Below are positions 9,610 to 19,591 of a stretch of 64,000 nt of DNA, piece after piece. The stretch is from sequence record LC765218.1; one strand, given 5' to 3'. The number at the start of each line of letters is the position of its first letter. The first letter of the stretch is position 1. The position numbers and the translations under genes are program-made. Under the pieces are notes generated by a model. That model was given only the letters and a program-made list of their open reading frames with translations. It searched no databases and had not been told where the DNA came from.

Positions 9610-9921
9610 ATGAAAAAATGGCCTTTCATTAACGAGAACTTCCGAAGACTAGTAAGAATCTTCTCGATAGATGAAGGGCGGGAATATTACCTTACACCTG
9701 AAGGTTTGACACTGGATGATGTGAGTAATACTCTCGCATATAATTCGGTAGATAAGTATAAACTTGCTTTGAACAAAGCTCGTGAACTTATAGCCCAAGG
9801 TGTGTTCGGGAGATCGGTCTACCTGGACGGTCAAGATGTAACTGAAGAACAGATCAATGGTAAACCACAGTTAGTCCGTTGGCCACCTGTTAATGAAGAA
9901 GCTTATGGCTTCGTAGCATAA
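9610..9921 (+). CDS. hypothetical early protein
   Basis: 103 aa between the early promoter and a terminator. Confidence 0.75.
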   Translation: MKKWPFINENFRRLVRIFSIDEGREYYLTPEGLTLDDVSNTLAYNSVDKYKLALNKARELIAQGVFGRSVYLDGQDVTEEQINGKPQLVRWPPVNEEAYGFVA

Positions 9922-9922
9922 A

Positions 9923-9960
9923 GGCATATCGCCCTCTCCCGAAGGAGAGGGCTTTATGTT
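9923..9960. terminator. bidirectional terminator
   Basis: Between convergent genes; 29-nt core identical to 4421-4449. Confidence 0.85.
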
Positions 9961-9969
9961 CCATTTTTT

Positions 9970-10803
9970 TTATCGCATGTAAGCAGGTACACGAATCGGC
10001 TTCTTACGCGACCAACCTAGTTGTTGAATTAGATCAGTAACGTCTAGATTAGGATCAGATTCCATACCGATATTAGCACGCTTCTGTGCTTCATCCTGCA
10101 TCTTCCAAAGGGTAGCAGGTGTGATGATAACTTCGGTATCGGAGAAACTTTCCAAAGCAGGGGAGGTATATTTGTTAGCAATATAGATACCGCCCTCACC
10201 GACGAAGTCCCAGGTGGAAATTTCCCGTGTATACTTAATACCACGCATTACGTCGTCCTGTGTGATAGAACGAACGGAACAATAGGTATTGATACTTGGG
10301 TTATCCAAAGACTCTTTAAAAATGTGACCAAACGGACCGTAAGGTTTAACCTCACCGACGACCATTTTAACAGTCTTACCATTTTCATTCTTACCGGGAA
10401 CAATAGTCAATGCACGGATATGTGCACAAACCCGGTTATCGTCGATCATACGAATACGTTGCAGGTATTGACGATCATCCATCGGTTGACGAACAACACG
10501 ACCATCGATCATCAGGTCTGTAAACGGTTCAGGGTGTTTGAACTCCATGAAGAGAACACCTTTCTTAAGGCGACGCATCAGGGAAGAGTTCGGATCAAAC
10601 ATCGCAACGCCACTGGCTTCGTCATAGAACATACCAGCAGAGTTATGTGTACCATAGGCACCCAGAACTACAGTGTAATAACCGTCCGCATTCGGCGCAA
10701 GAATTCCTTTTTTGTCCGTACCCGCTAACATAGTGCAGCCGATACGTACTTGATTCTGCGGAGAATTTTGGACACCAAAAGAAGATTGTGCCAAAGGATG
10801 CAT
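9970..10803 (-). CDS. prohead (head maturation) protease, phiKZ gp175/SPN3US gp245-like
   Basis: Motifs EFKHP (catalytic His) and SVRS (catalytic Ser), TWDFV.EGG, C-terminal ALES putative autocleavage site; syntenic with vRNAP genes. Confidence 0.85.
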   Translation of the reverse strand: MHPLAQSSFGVQNSPQNQVRIGCTMLAGTDKKGILAPNADGYYTVVLGAYGTHNSAGMFYDEASGVAMFDPNSSLMRRLKKGVLFMEFKHPEPFTDLMIDGRVVRQPMDDRQYLQRIRMIDDNRVCAHIRALTIVPGKNENGKTVKMVVGEVKPYGPFGHIFKESLDNPSINTYCSVRSITQDDVMRGIKYTREISTWDFVGEGGIYIANKYTSPALESFSDTEVIITPATLWKMQDEAQKRANIGMESDPNLDVTDLIQQLGWSRKKPIRVPAYMR

Positions 10804-10818
10804 TTCTGCAACTCCGTG

Positions 10819-11541
10819 TTATGTCCTCAATAGCTCTTCAATCACTTCTACTTTCTCACTAGGGTTCACTAGTGCAGAGTTGATAGCGTCGCTGAAGTAA
10901 GCACCATTAAGTTTTGAGGTGGTATCTGAGGTGTTCCAAATAACCGATCGGAAAGGTACGGTTACTGGAGGTTTATTTTTAACATCATCATGCCGCGACA
11001 GAATGTGGCGGTATAGTCTTGTCATATCATCCGGATCACGAGCGATGGTTGAAATGATAAGCTCGATAATCGAACGACCACCAATAAATGTATCTGCATG
11101 TTCTTTTGCAGTTTCGAACATTTTCGCCATGTCATAATAGTTCATATACCAAGGGATGTTCCCTTTGGATACGAACTCGTCGTACATGTAATATGTTAGT
11201 GTGTCGTTGACCACAAGATGTGTCGAATAGAAAACTTTATCACCTTTCTCGAAACTAAATTCGTAATAAGGTTCACTCTCTACAACAACACGCTCAGTAG
11301 AGTTTGGAAGAATGCGCATCATCGCGATTGTATTATTAACCGCGTAAAACTCTTCATTCATGATGATAGGAAAGAATCCAAATATGAATACTTCACTACC
11401 TAATACAGCCAAGTTCTTAGCAGCAAAACGTTCTGGAATTTGAATCTTACAGGGAAGGTTTGTAGCAATACCACCATCTTCCAATTCAATCAGATTTGCA
11501 TTTACGCGTGCAACATCACGTGTTAATTGCCTAACGTTCAT
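10819..11541 (-). CDS. probable virion RNAP beta-prime C-terminal subunit (phiKZ gp176/SPN3US gp244-like)
   Basis: 240 aa next to the protease; SDTTSKLNGAYFSDAINSAL resembles the beta-prime C-terminal region; synteny. Confidence 0.65.
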   Translation of the reverse strand: MNVRQLTRDVARVNANLIELEDGGIATNLPCKIQIPERFAAKNLAVLGSEVFIFGFFPIIMNEEFYAVNNTIAMMRILPNSTERVVVESEPYYEFSFEKGDKVFYSTHLVVNDTLTYYMYDEFVSKGNIPWYMNYYDMAKMFETAKEHADTFIGGRSIIELIISTIARDPDDMTRLYRHILSRHDDVKNKPPVTVPFRSVIWNTSDTTSKLNGAYFSDAINSALVNPSEKVEVIEELLRT

Positions 11542-11576
11542 ATAAGTCTCTTCTTAGAAAAAGGAAAGTTGACACA

Positions 11577-11602
11577 CTCCGGTACCCCGAAGGATACCGG
11601 AG
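11577..11602 (-). terminator. UUCG hairpin, probable terminator
   Basis: Minus strand CTCCGGTATCC-TTCG-GGGTACCGGAG followed by a pyrimidine tract. Confidence 0.7.
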
Positions 11603-11610
11603 GTTATCAA

Positions 11611-13317
11611 TTATGCTTGTTCTTCTTCTTCAGTTTCAGACTCAGTTTCTTCTTCACTGGCTTCTTCCTGCTCTTCTTCGACTTCTTCAGTCTCAGATTC
11701 AGTAGGAGTTTCATCAGCGTAAGGATCTTCTTCGTCTTCTACCTCCGGAGTTTCAGCCAGGGGACCTTCACCTTCTACTGCATCACCGACAGCATCGGCA
11801 ACTTCTTCACTAGTTGGTTCAGTGATTTCCTCTGGCACTTCTTCTGGTTCAGGAAGAGTTGCATTCGGATCAACATCAGGATTGAATGTTTCTACTTTGA
11901 TCTGCTGTGCTTGGAAAATAGCAATCAGCGAAATCAGAGCTTGAGTATTCAATTCACGTAGTTCTGCACCGGGGAAGTTTTGGCCATATTCATCGATAGT
12001 ATCGAGATACAGCTTATACATCGGTTCGATGTAGTAAGTACGGCAGATAAGATTACTGAATACGCAGTATGGATTATCCAGATCTTCGCGCCGAACGAAA
12101 CGCATGGCGGTAGCCAGTAGTTCACGTACGTTACCGATATTCATTTCACGTAAAGGACCTTCACCACAGTGTGCGAGGAAGGTATCAATAACGTCCTGCC
12201 GACGACGGCTCTCAGCGTAGTCGAGTGCCGCTTGTTTGATTAGCGGATATGTAGCGGTCCAGCGTTTGATGTAATGATCAGCACGTGCGTCAATGCCCTG
12301 TGCATGTACGACATTACCGCCATCAATAGCTGCACCAAGCAGAGCTTCAACAGAACCACCTTTAACGAGCCAGCTCTCAGCAACGTCACCGTTAAGAGTA
12401 ACAAGTACACGACGGTTTTCAACTGGGCGATGAGCTTCATAACGAAGTACAAGAGTATTAGACTCTCGCATTTCAAGACGATTCTCATACGCACGGATGA
12501 TGTAGAAACCAAGCATCTCATGGAGTAGACGAACCGTTTGTTCCCATTCTTCCGATGTTACGGATTCACCAGGTACTTCTTGTGGGTTCTCGATGTAATG
12601 ACCACAGATGAAATAAGCTAGAGTCAGTTCATCAAGATTAAACGGGAAAGCATTAGGATTGATAAAGCTCAGGTTAGAAACAGTCAAACCACGTGCAGTA
12701 CCAAATAGTTCACTCCAAACGTTTTCTACCCGTTGTGCCGGAATCTTAAGAGCCCATTCGGTAACTTGCTCTTGATCCAGGTGCGGGTTATTGATGGATA
12801 CCATCTCGATGATGGTAGCAGCATCAACCGGGCGAAGCATAAAGGTGCGATATTCCGGTAGAGGACGCACTTTAGCATAGCGAGTTTGGATGTGGTTAAC
12901 TAGACGAGGATCGTTATGAATCGGGTCGTAGTTGAAAGTGCTGACATCGCAATCCGCTTGAGAACTTACGTTCTGACGGGAGGCATAGTCAGTGGCCATT
13001 GCTTTAATAGCCGGAATGATAACGTTTTGAGTATTGAATTGAATCTTGGCAATAGCGGTATGCATATTGCTGATGATCGCTTCACGTTCTTCATTAACGT
13101 TCTCGGGTGCTTCAACGTTACTTTCGACAAAATGAGCTTCAACGGAAGCAGCCAGTTCATCGGACATTGCAACTTTATTACCTTCGGTTTCACAGTTGAA
13201 ACCGTCAGCATATACAGCTAGAGGGAACTCGGGGTTCGGAATTGTCAGAACACGTTCCTGTTCAGTGAATGCTTGAGCTGCATCGCGAACAGCGTCCAGA
13301 GTTTCGGGATTAAACAT
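11611..13317 (-). CDS. virion head/ejection protein (phiKZ gp177/SPN3US gp243-like) with Glu-rich tail
   Basis: 568 aa; synteny; very acidic C-terminal ~80 aa; S/A-x-E motifs at the N-terminus. Confidence 0.65.
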   Translation of the reverse strand: MFNPETLDAVRDAAQAFTEQERVLTIPNPEFPLAVYADGFNCETEGNKVAMSDELAASVEAHFVESNVEAPENVNEEREAIISNMHTAIAKIQFNTQNVIIPAIKAMATDYASRQNVSSQADCDVSTFNYDPIHNDPRLVNHIQTRYAKVRPLPEYRTFMLRPVDAATIIEMVSINNPHLDQEQVTEWALKIPAQRVENVWSELFGTARGLTVSNLSFINPNAFPFNLDELTLAYFICGHYIENPQEVPGESVTSEEWEQTVRLLHEMLGFYIIRAYENRLEMRESNTLVLRYEAHRPVENRRVLVTLNGDVAESWLVKGGSVEALLGAAIDGGNVVHAQGIDARADHYIKRWTATYPLIKQAALDYAESRRRQDVIDTFLAHCGEGPLREMNIGNVRELLATAMRFVRREDLDNPYCVFSNLICRTYYIEPMYKLYLDTIDEYGQNFPGAELRELNTQALISLIAIFQAQQIKVETFNPDVDPNATLPEPEEVPEEITEPTSEEVADAVGDAVEGEGPLAETPEVEDEEDPYADETPTESETEEVEEEQEEASEEETESETEEEEQA

Positions 13318-13329
13318 GTTGACTCCTAA

Positions 13330-13524
13330 TTAACCGAGGAATTTGCACATACGGGCAACGATAGCTGCCTGAATATCTTCTTTGGTCAGATACTCACCTT
13401 CTAGAGTAGCTGCCGAGGTGTCACCGCCGATGGAGCGAAGCAAAGCTTCGGCTCCAAGTTCGGCAGCAGCAGTCAGAACAGCGATGTTCTGACTGAGTAC
13501 TACGTTGTTACTTTGATTTTGCAT
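13330..13524 (-). CDS. small hypothetical protein
   Basis: 64 aa, GAGGA RBS, fills the gap between two core genes. Confidence 0.7.
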   Translation of the reverse strand: MQNQSNNVVLSQNIAVLTAAAELGAEALLRSIGGDTSAATLEGEYLTKEDIQAAIVARMCKFLG

Positions 13525-16500
13525 TTGTGGTTCCTCGATAGAGAGCAGCTACGTGCTTGGAAAGAGCTTGCTGCAAGATTGTAGTGGTCGCAATCAGTTT
13601 AGGGGACATGACCATCCGTTCTTCAACCGAAGTGTTGCCGAAGATCAGACCAATCGGAGTACCGTCTTCACATTCGTTACGGCCATCCATTACCCGAGAG
13701 AATACAGTTTTCATCTGGTTCGCTACTACACCTTTGTCACCAGTACCACAAGGGATATCATGGTCGATGTAGATTCGGATAACCATGTTGTCAGGTTCAA
13801 GCATTTGACCTTTAACACGGAAGGATGCGTCGACTTCACCTGTGAATTCTGGTTCGTTCAACGACTTGGCCCTATCGGCTCTCTCTTTATCAGATGCTCT
13901 GGCTATCTTCTGAAGATTACTGGACATGTCTTCAATGTCACCATGATAGTAACATTCGATTTTAGAGATGGTCCCTACGACTTTAGCACGGGGTGCATTA
14001 GCCGAAAGTTTCTTCAGTGTTTCAATAGCAGCGGCACCAAACAGAGAGTTCTCGGCCATTTCGGGGTCTTGAATAGTACATAGAATTGAATCCAAGTCTA
14101 CGTGTTCTCCAACTTTGACCAAATTCTCAATCGACTGATCAAATCGAACAGTAATGTTCTTGATGTCAGTTGTCTGAGTATTAAGCTTAATAGCCACGTC
14201 TTTACTAATAACAGATCCGTCTTCAAGTGTATCAAGGTTATCGCAGAATGCAACACGAACCATGACACCAGCTTTCCAAAGAACTTGTCCAGGGGTATAA
14301 CGATCTTCGGTAAAATACTTACTATTGAAAGTAAGCGTATCACCGCGTTTGAACTTATCACCCTTCTTAAGTGTGGTAACGAGAGTATGCGGATAGTTTA
14401 CACCCGCAGCAGTACCATGGACGGTTCCAAGCTGAGAACTAAAGATCTCACCGTCAGCATATTTAACTGTAATGCCATGACCGTCTACTGCAATCACCTC
14501 TCCATCTTGTTCGGCGGCAGACGCAAAGATCGAACTGGTACGTTGAGCGATAATCTGCTCATAACCAGTGCGAAGAGGAGTTACCTCATAGCCATCTGCA
14601 TAGATACCTTGCTGTTGCTGAATACTAACGAAGTTAATCCGTTTCGGATCATCGTTTGTTGTAGCAACCCCGGTGAGAGCACCGGTAGATAGCATCTTAG
14701 CGGCGCCATCCTTACCTTTCTCAAACAACCGAGTTGTACCACGCATGCTGTTGAAGTTAGCATCAGGAGATAGATAAGCGATTACACCCACATCACCAGA
14801 GTCTACAGTGGATTCAGAAACTACACCCACGTCAGATTCATGGTAGATACGTGTACGGGCAACCATTGAAGTCGACCCACGACCACCATCACCACGATAA
14901 GTCATGGCTTCTTGCTCACGCAAGTTAGCGATTGGGTTAGAATCTTCAATAGTAGCTACGGTTGGGTCAGATGCAATCTTACGCCAAACTTCGTGTTGGT
15001 CCATCACGATCTGTTGATCCGCAGAACCTTCACGGTTGTTGTAGATACGAACAGCGCGGTTCAGACTACCGTAGATAGTTCCTGCCATGCGTTCATAACC
15101 ACGATAGCGCATATATGCACCATCTACTTCTGCTGGTGACCAGTCATTAGTTAGCAACTCTACGGAACGATACAGTAGCCCTTGGAAATCAGTAGGCTCT
15201 TTCATTTCTTCCAGAAGACCTTTTGTGATCGGGTCAACGAAAGAAGTAAACAAGCCATCGATTTCACGAGTGTATCGGGCAGACATACCAGCTTCTTCTA
15301 ATAGACGGAAGTAAACATCACGCCGGTCAAAGTCCCATCGAGAGAACTTCTTCAAAGATTGATGGTAACGTTTCAGCCCGGACAACACCAATGTCGCACG
15401 ATAATCTTGACGACTGAATACAAGGATCTCGTCAGAGAATGCCAGTGTATAATCATCAGGACTAACACTAATGCGAGTGCCACGCGGATGGCTCTGGTAT
15501 TGAACTCCAAGTGTATCAAGTAGAGTGGACAGGCCTTGGCGATAACCAAGAATGAAACCAAGTGGAAGCTCTTTGTTAGCAACTGAAACTAGAATAGCTT
15601 CAAGAGGAGCTTTAACCTGATTAAGACCTAGGATATCTACCATGGTGCCCATGGGTTCAAGTTCATTACCTTCTTTAACATAGAACTGAGACGAGCTGTC
15701 AACTAGAATAGGTAACCGATTATGGGCGCCTACTACAACCATCCCATCTTTCTCTAATGCTTCTACCGAAATACCGTAAGTCTTTTGGAAATATTCGGCA
15801 TGGTCATCGAACTTAAAATAGAACTCATTTGCTCCGTTCTTGAAAGAACGATAAGCTCTACCCAATGCAGAGTACACTCGCGGTAGAACGAACATAGACT
15901 GGTCTAGTTCTGCATAACGCACCTCAGTTACAGAGACATCGTTATTATCTCTTGCCCTAACACCAATCTGTCGAATCAACCAAGTATCGTAGTTGTTTTC
16001 TGCTCGTTCAGAACGTGTAACGAATGTCTTATTGTAATAACTTGTCAGAGCAACTTTAAGTGGGTTTACTTTACGGATTGGAATATCCGCACGTTGCAGA
16101 CGCTGACGATAAGTTACACCATTAGAACGGAAACGTCCATCGCGATCGATAACTGGAATACGGAAGCGCAGTTGAGAAGGTCGGCCACGAATAGGCTTGA
16201 CTGTTACAGTGAACGACTGATAATGGTTCATCGCGTCACGTACTTCTTCCATACGAACATCAGTTACTGCGACACCTTGTGCTTGAACAGACAAGATAGA
16301 TTGCATGATGTCTTTAGGTAGAAGAGTCTTCGTGTACTTACGCATCATCGATTTGTGAATAGAACCCAACATCGATTTATCAGTAATCGTGGATTTATCA
16401 GCAAACTGTTCGACTGGTACTTTAAAGTCTTCTTCTTCATAAACCATCGCCTCAGCGATAGTTTTACCAGATCCAAATGGATCAGGAATAGACTTGTACA

Positions 16501-17869
16501 TAGAAGCATCATCAACGGCTTGTTCAAACGAACGACCAGAGATCATGCCAACTTGATACAGTTCAAATGCTTTTTGTCCAACAGGGTCTACTAAAGCGTC
16601 ACCGCTGCTAAAAGCAGGTACGACCGATTTAGTTACCGGGGCTGTCTCTACTTTGAGAGTTGGTGTTTTATTGATCGGCGCCGTTTCGAGCGGATCTTTC
16701 TCGATGACGAGAGTAGTTTTCTCAAGCTCAGATTCAGGCGGTGGATCATAAACAACTTCGAGCATCCCGAGATCGAGTAATGTGCTAACATTAGATCCAG
16801 TTGCATTGGAATCATCGATCGCATCAATGTCGTTAGCTTCTTCAGTTTCTTCAGCACGTTCTGTAACTTCTTCGACTTCTTCGTCGTCTGTGTCAACCTT
16901 ATCTTCGGGTTCGATCAGGTCAGTGATCTTTGGAGTTTCAGGTTCGACTTCCATTAGAGTGTCGTTACCATTATTGAACTCAACCAAAGTAGTCAACAGG
17001 CTGATAACTCGACGTTGCATTACATCCGGTTTATAGAAAACTTCAAGACCGAGTTCATCCACAAAACTTTCAGTAGCTACTGTCTCTTGTTCCGCTATTA
17101 CTTCTGGAGCATCACGCCATGCTTCAAGTTGTCCAAGGTTAATAACAAAGAAGTTATTCTGGACACGAATCAGGAAGTTAATCTTTTCGTAAGCTTCTTT
17201 AGGTACGATCGACATATAAGACGAAGATCGATTATCACCAAGGAAACGATAAAGATCGAAAACGTTTAATACAGCGTTAGTACGGAATTTCTCAAGTAGT
17301 GCCTGAGTGGTACCGCGCTCTAACATCTTAAATTCATTAAACGTTGGCATGAATTCCGGAATATGGAGTTCGATGAACTGATTCCAACCAAAGCGTTTAT
17401 GTACATCGACAACACCTTTCCAGAAGGTAGCGGTGTTGTTACTCCAGCGATACCAGTTAGATTTGAAATTAGCTTGGTACTTCCAGAGTGGGTTTAGCAT
17501 GCTGTAGTTAAACACAGCAACGTTTTGAATATTGAGTTTTACAGCCGCATCTTTACGCAGTGGTTTGAAGAAACGGTGTTGGCGACGGAAATCAGCTTCA
17601 AGGGTAGTCGGAATAAGAGAAGTACGCCGAGCGTTACCATCGAGTGTTTCTAGCTGTGTAATGTGTTCAATGAACACCTTTCCCTGCAACTTAGCAAAGA
17701 GGGGGTCCGATTGACTCGGACCCTTTACAGCAGCGTTGTCATCAAGGAACTGATACACTACCTCTTGGGGTAGCTCTAGCTTCGTCAACGGGAACAGACG
17801 AGGACGCAGTAGTTCGCCTGAGTTTCGAAGACTGTAATTCTTCAGAAACTGATGAATTTTCAAACGCAT
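13508..17869 (-). CDS. rpoB: virion RNA polymerase beta subunit (phiKZ gp178-like)
   Basis: 1453 aa; beta-type motifs STVDSGDVG, DDPKRINFVSIQQ, LEDGSVIS, GDKGVVANQMKTV. Confidence 0.92.
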   Translation of the reverse strand: MRLKIHQFLKNYSLRNSGELLRPRLFPLTKLELPQEVVYQFLDDNAAVKGPSQSDPLFAKLQGKVFIEHITQLETLDGNARRTSLIPTTLEADFRRQHRFFKPLRKDAAVKLNIQNVAVFNYSMLNPLWKYQANFKSNWYRWSNNTATFWKGVVDVHKRFGWNQFIELHIPEFMPTFNEFKMLERGTTQALLEKFRTNAVLNVFDLYRFLGDNRSSSYMSIVPKEAYEKINFLIRVQNNFFVINLGQLEAWRDAPEVIAEQETVATESFVDELGLEVFYKPDVMQRRVISLLTTLVEFNNGNDTLMEVEPETPKITDLIEPEDKVDTDDEEVEEVTERAEETEEANDIDAIDDSNATGSNVSTLLDLGMLEVVYDPPPESELEKTTLVIEKDPLETAPINKTPTLKVETAPVTKSVVPAFSSGDALVDPVGQKAFELYQVGMISGRSFEQAVDDASMYKSIPDPFGSGKTIAEAMVYEEEDFKVPVEQFADKSTITDKSMLGSIHKSMMRKYTKTLLPKDIMQSILSVQAQGVAVTDVRMEEVRDAMNHYQSFTVTVKPIRGRPSQLRFRIPVIDRDGRFRSNGVTYRQRLQRADIPIRKVNPLKVALTSYYNKTFVTRSERAENNYDTWLIRQIGVRARDNNDVSVTEVRYAELDQSMFVLPRVYSALGRAYRSFKNGANEFYFKFDDHAEYFQKTYGISVEALEKDGMVVVGAHNRLPILVDSSSQFYVKEGNELEPMGTMVDILGLNQVKAPLEAILVSVANKELPLGFILGYRQGLSTLLDTLGVQYQSHPRGTRISVSPDDYTLAFSDEILVFSRQDYRATLVLSGLKRYHQSLKKFSRWDFDRRDVYFRLLEEAGMSARYTREIDGLFTSFVDPITKGLLEEMKEPTDFQGLLYRSVELLTNDWSPAEVDGAYMRYRGYERMAGTIYGSLNRAVRIYNNREGSADQQIVMDQHEVWRKIASDPTVATIEDSNPIANLREQEAMTYRGDGGRGSTSMVARTRIYHESDVGVVSESTVDSGDVGVIAYLSPDANFNSMRGTTRLFEKGKDGAAKMLSTGALTGVATTNDDPKRINFVSIQQQQGIYADGYEVTPLRTGYEQIIAQRTSSIFASAAEQDGEVIAVDGHGITVKYADGEIFSSQLGTVHGTAAGVNYPHTLVTTLKKGDKFKRGDTLTFNSKYFTEDRYTPGQVLWKAGVMVRVAFCDNLDTLEDGSVISKDVAIKLNTQTTDIKNITVRFDQSIENLVKVGEHVDLDSILCTIQDPEMAENSLFGAAAIETLKKLSANAPRAKVVGTISKIECYYHGDIEDMSSNLQKIARASDKERADRAKSLNEPEFTGEVDASFRVKGQMLEPDNMVIRIYIDHDIPCGTGDKGVVANQMKTVFSRVMDGRNECEDGTPIGLIFGNTSVEERMVMSPKLIATTTILQQALSKHVAALYRGTTNAKSK

Positions 17870-17871
17870 GG

Positions 17872-19524
17872 TTAAATCCTACTTTTCGGTTCCCCAGTCA
17901 TATACCGGAGAGTTAGATTAAGCGTGTGGATGTTGACACTGAATGCAAGACCACCACCAGCCTTGATATAAGCTAAACGAGATTTAAAGAATCGATCGGA
18001 TTCTTCAATAGCCTCTTTAGAATACACGGCGTTGAATGACACAGTGTCACCGTCGAAGTCCGCACCAAGAGGAGCAAGAATAGACGGGGAAATAGACGTG
18101 GAGTCATGCCATTGCGCCGGTTCGTTAATAGTGATGATTGGATATTCTAATGCGATCTCAGCATTAGTATCTCGTTCCCAGTCCCAACCAAGTGGGTAGC
18201 GCATCTCACCTTTAACAGTTGTCTTCACGTACATCTTTACAGGAATAGAACTGTTATAGTTCTCAACAGGGTAACGAGTAACGAATGCGGAGTTTCTTTT
18301 CCACATAGGTAATCCGCTTAGGTAAATCAATTCAGCATAGGAAATAGGACGCACGAACTTCTTGTCGAGCTTCTTCGGCATTTCTTCAATATCCCTAAAG
18401 ATCTTGAAGTTTTGCTTGTCATCAAGATAGACCAATGCCAAATAATGCCCAGCGATCTCAATTGCACGAGAACGCTTTTCGATGACCTTTAGTTCACCAA
18501 TAACGCGTTCAAGACCTTCGGGAGTTCCCCATATGTCCATCTCTTCGTTACTAATATTAACCCATTCCAGTTTCAATGTCTTCTTATTGATAAGCTCAAC
18601 ACGAGTAGAGAGACTATCGAAGACTTGACCGACAACACCATTGCGTAAATGGTAAATAGTCTTTGGTTTAACGGATACAGCTGCTTGATAAATACCAATT
18701 ACGGCATCTTTGAACTTAGGACGGTTTGGCTGATCAAGATCAGCAGCATTGGTATCAAGCGAACTAATAACGTTACGAGTACCATTAAATACTCGACGAG
18801 ATGCCCATTTCTGTTGAATATAACCACCCTTGCCAGATAATAGGTTTTCGTAATGGTTATAAATCGCAAGAGCAGTCAACTGCATCGAAGTACGCTTACG
18901 ATCATAAATACTCAGATCGTCATTAGGTCCGAAATATTCAGGGACACCATAAGACTGGTTAAGCAGATATCGATAGTGTTCGTTAACTTCGTCCATCGAT
19001 ACACGGCCATCAACATCAATCTCGGCCTCACGATATGCAGCTGGAATAACGAGCATGTTTTTGAATGTACAGTTTTTCATGTACTTCTTCATCAACTCTA
19101 CCCGTACTCGACGAATAGATGATTTAGTTTCACCGAAATCGATCTTCTTCCAGTTATCAAAGAAAAAGGCGTAACCGGTTTTACCTTCAAGCTCATTGGA
19201 ACGTACGAAGTCTTTAGCAACTGGATCAAATACAGCGAATGATTTACCAAGAATGATCTCTTCGTAGAAAGCCTTTAGTTTAATAAGGTTACGATAGATC
19301 ACAGGGTGGATAATCTCAAGACCCATGTTGATATAACCGAATCGACCTTCACGTTCAGTAGAGCCTACTCGTCCGAAAATCTCTACGGAGAATAAACCTT
19401 TCTCATGAAAGTTACCACCGGTACCTTCGAAGATCTCGTGGCTAGTTACTTGTCCCAACATCGAAAGCTGTGCTTGGGTCGGAATCAAAAGATCAATGTT
19501 GAATGGGACTAGTGCCTTCTTCAT
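17872..19524 (-). CDS. rpoC: virion RNA polymerase beta-prime subunit, catalytic part (phiKZ gp180-like)
   Basis: Catalytic ADFDGD motif; GLFS.EIFG; VTRYP. Confidence 0.93.
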   Translation of the reverse strand: MKKALVPFNIDLLIPTQAQLSMLGQVTSHEIFEGTGGNFHEKGLFSVEIFGRVGSTEREGRFGYINMGLEIIHPVIYRNLIKLKAFYEEIILGKSFAVFDPVAKDFVRSNELEGKTGYAFFFDNWKKIDFGETKSSIRRVRVELMKKYMKNCTFKNMLVIPAAYREAEIDVDGRVSMDEVNEHYRYLLNQSYGVPEYFGPNDDLSIYDRKRTSMQLTALAIYNHYENLLSGKGGYIQQKWASRRVFNGTRNVISSLDTNAADLDQPNRPKFKDAVIGIYQAAVSVKPKTIYHLRNGVVGQVFDSLSTRVELINKKTLKLEWVNISNEEMDIWGTPEGLERVIGELKVIEKRSRAIEIAGHYLALVYLDDKQNFKIFRDIEEMPKKLDKKFVRPISYAELIYLSGLPMWKRNSAFVTRYPVENYNSSIPVKMYVKTTVKGEMRYPLGWDWERDTNAEIALEYPIITINEPAQWHDSTSISPSILAPLGADFDGDTVSFNAVYSKEAIEESDRFFKSRLAYIKAGGGLAFSVNIHTLNLTLRYMTGEPKSRI

Positions 19525-19591
19525 TTCAAATTTCCTCTTAGGGGTTACAAAAAGCTAAACGATATGATTGTTTATATCGATGGAGTTGACC

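Noticed and set aside
13553-14692. Plus-strand ORFs of 176 and 196 aa
   Set aside because: They are antisense shadows of the RNAP beta gene with no motifs or RBS.
13508-19524. Intron or intein in the virion RNAP genes
   Set aside because: Both ORFs are continuous and of the expected size, and I saw no Hint or HN-C/S/T junction motifs.
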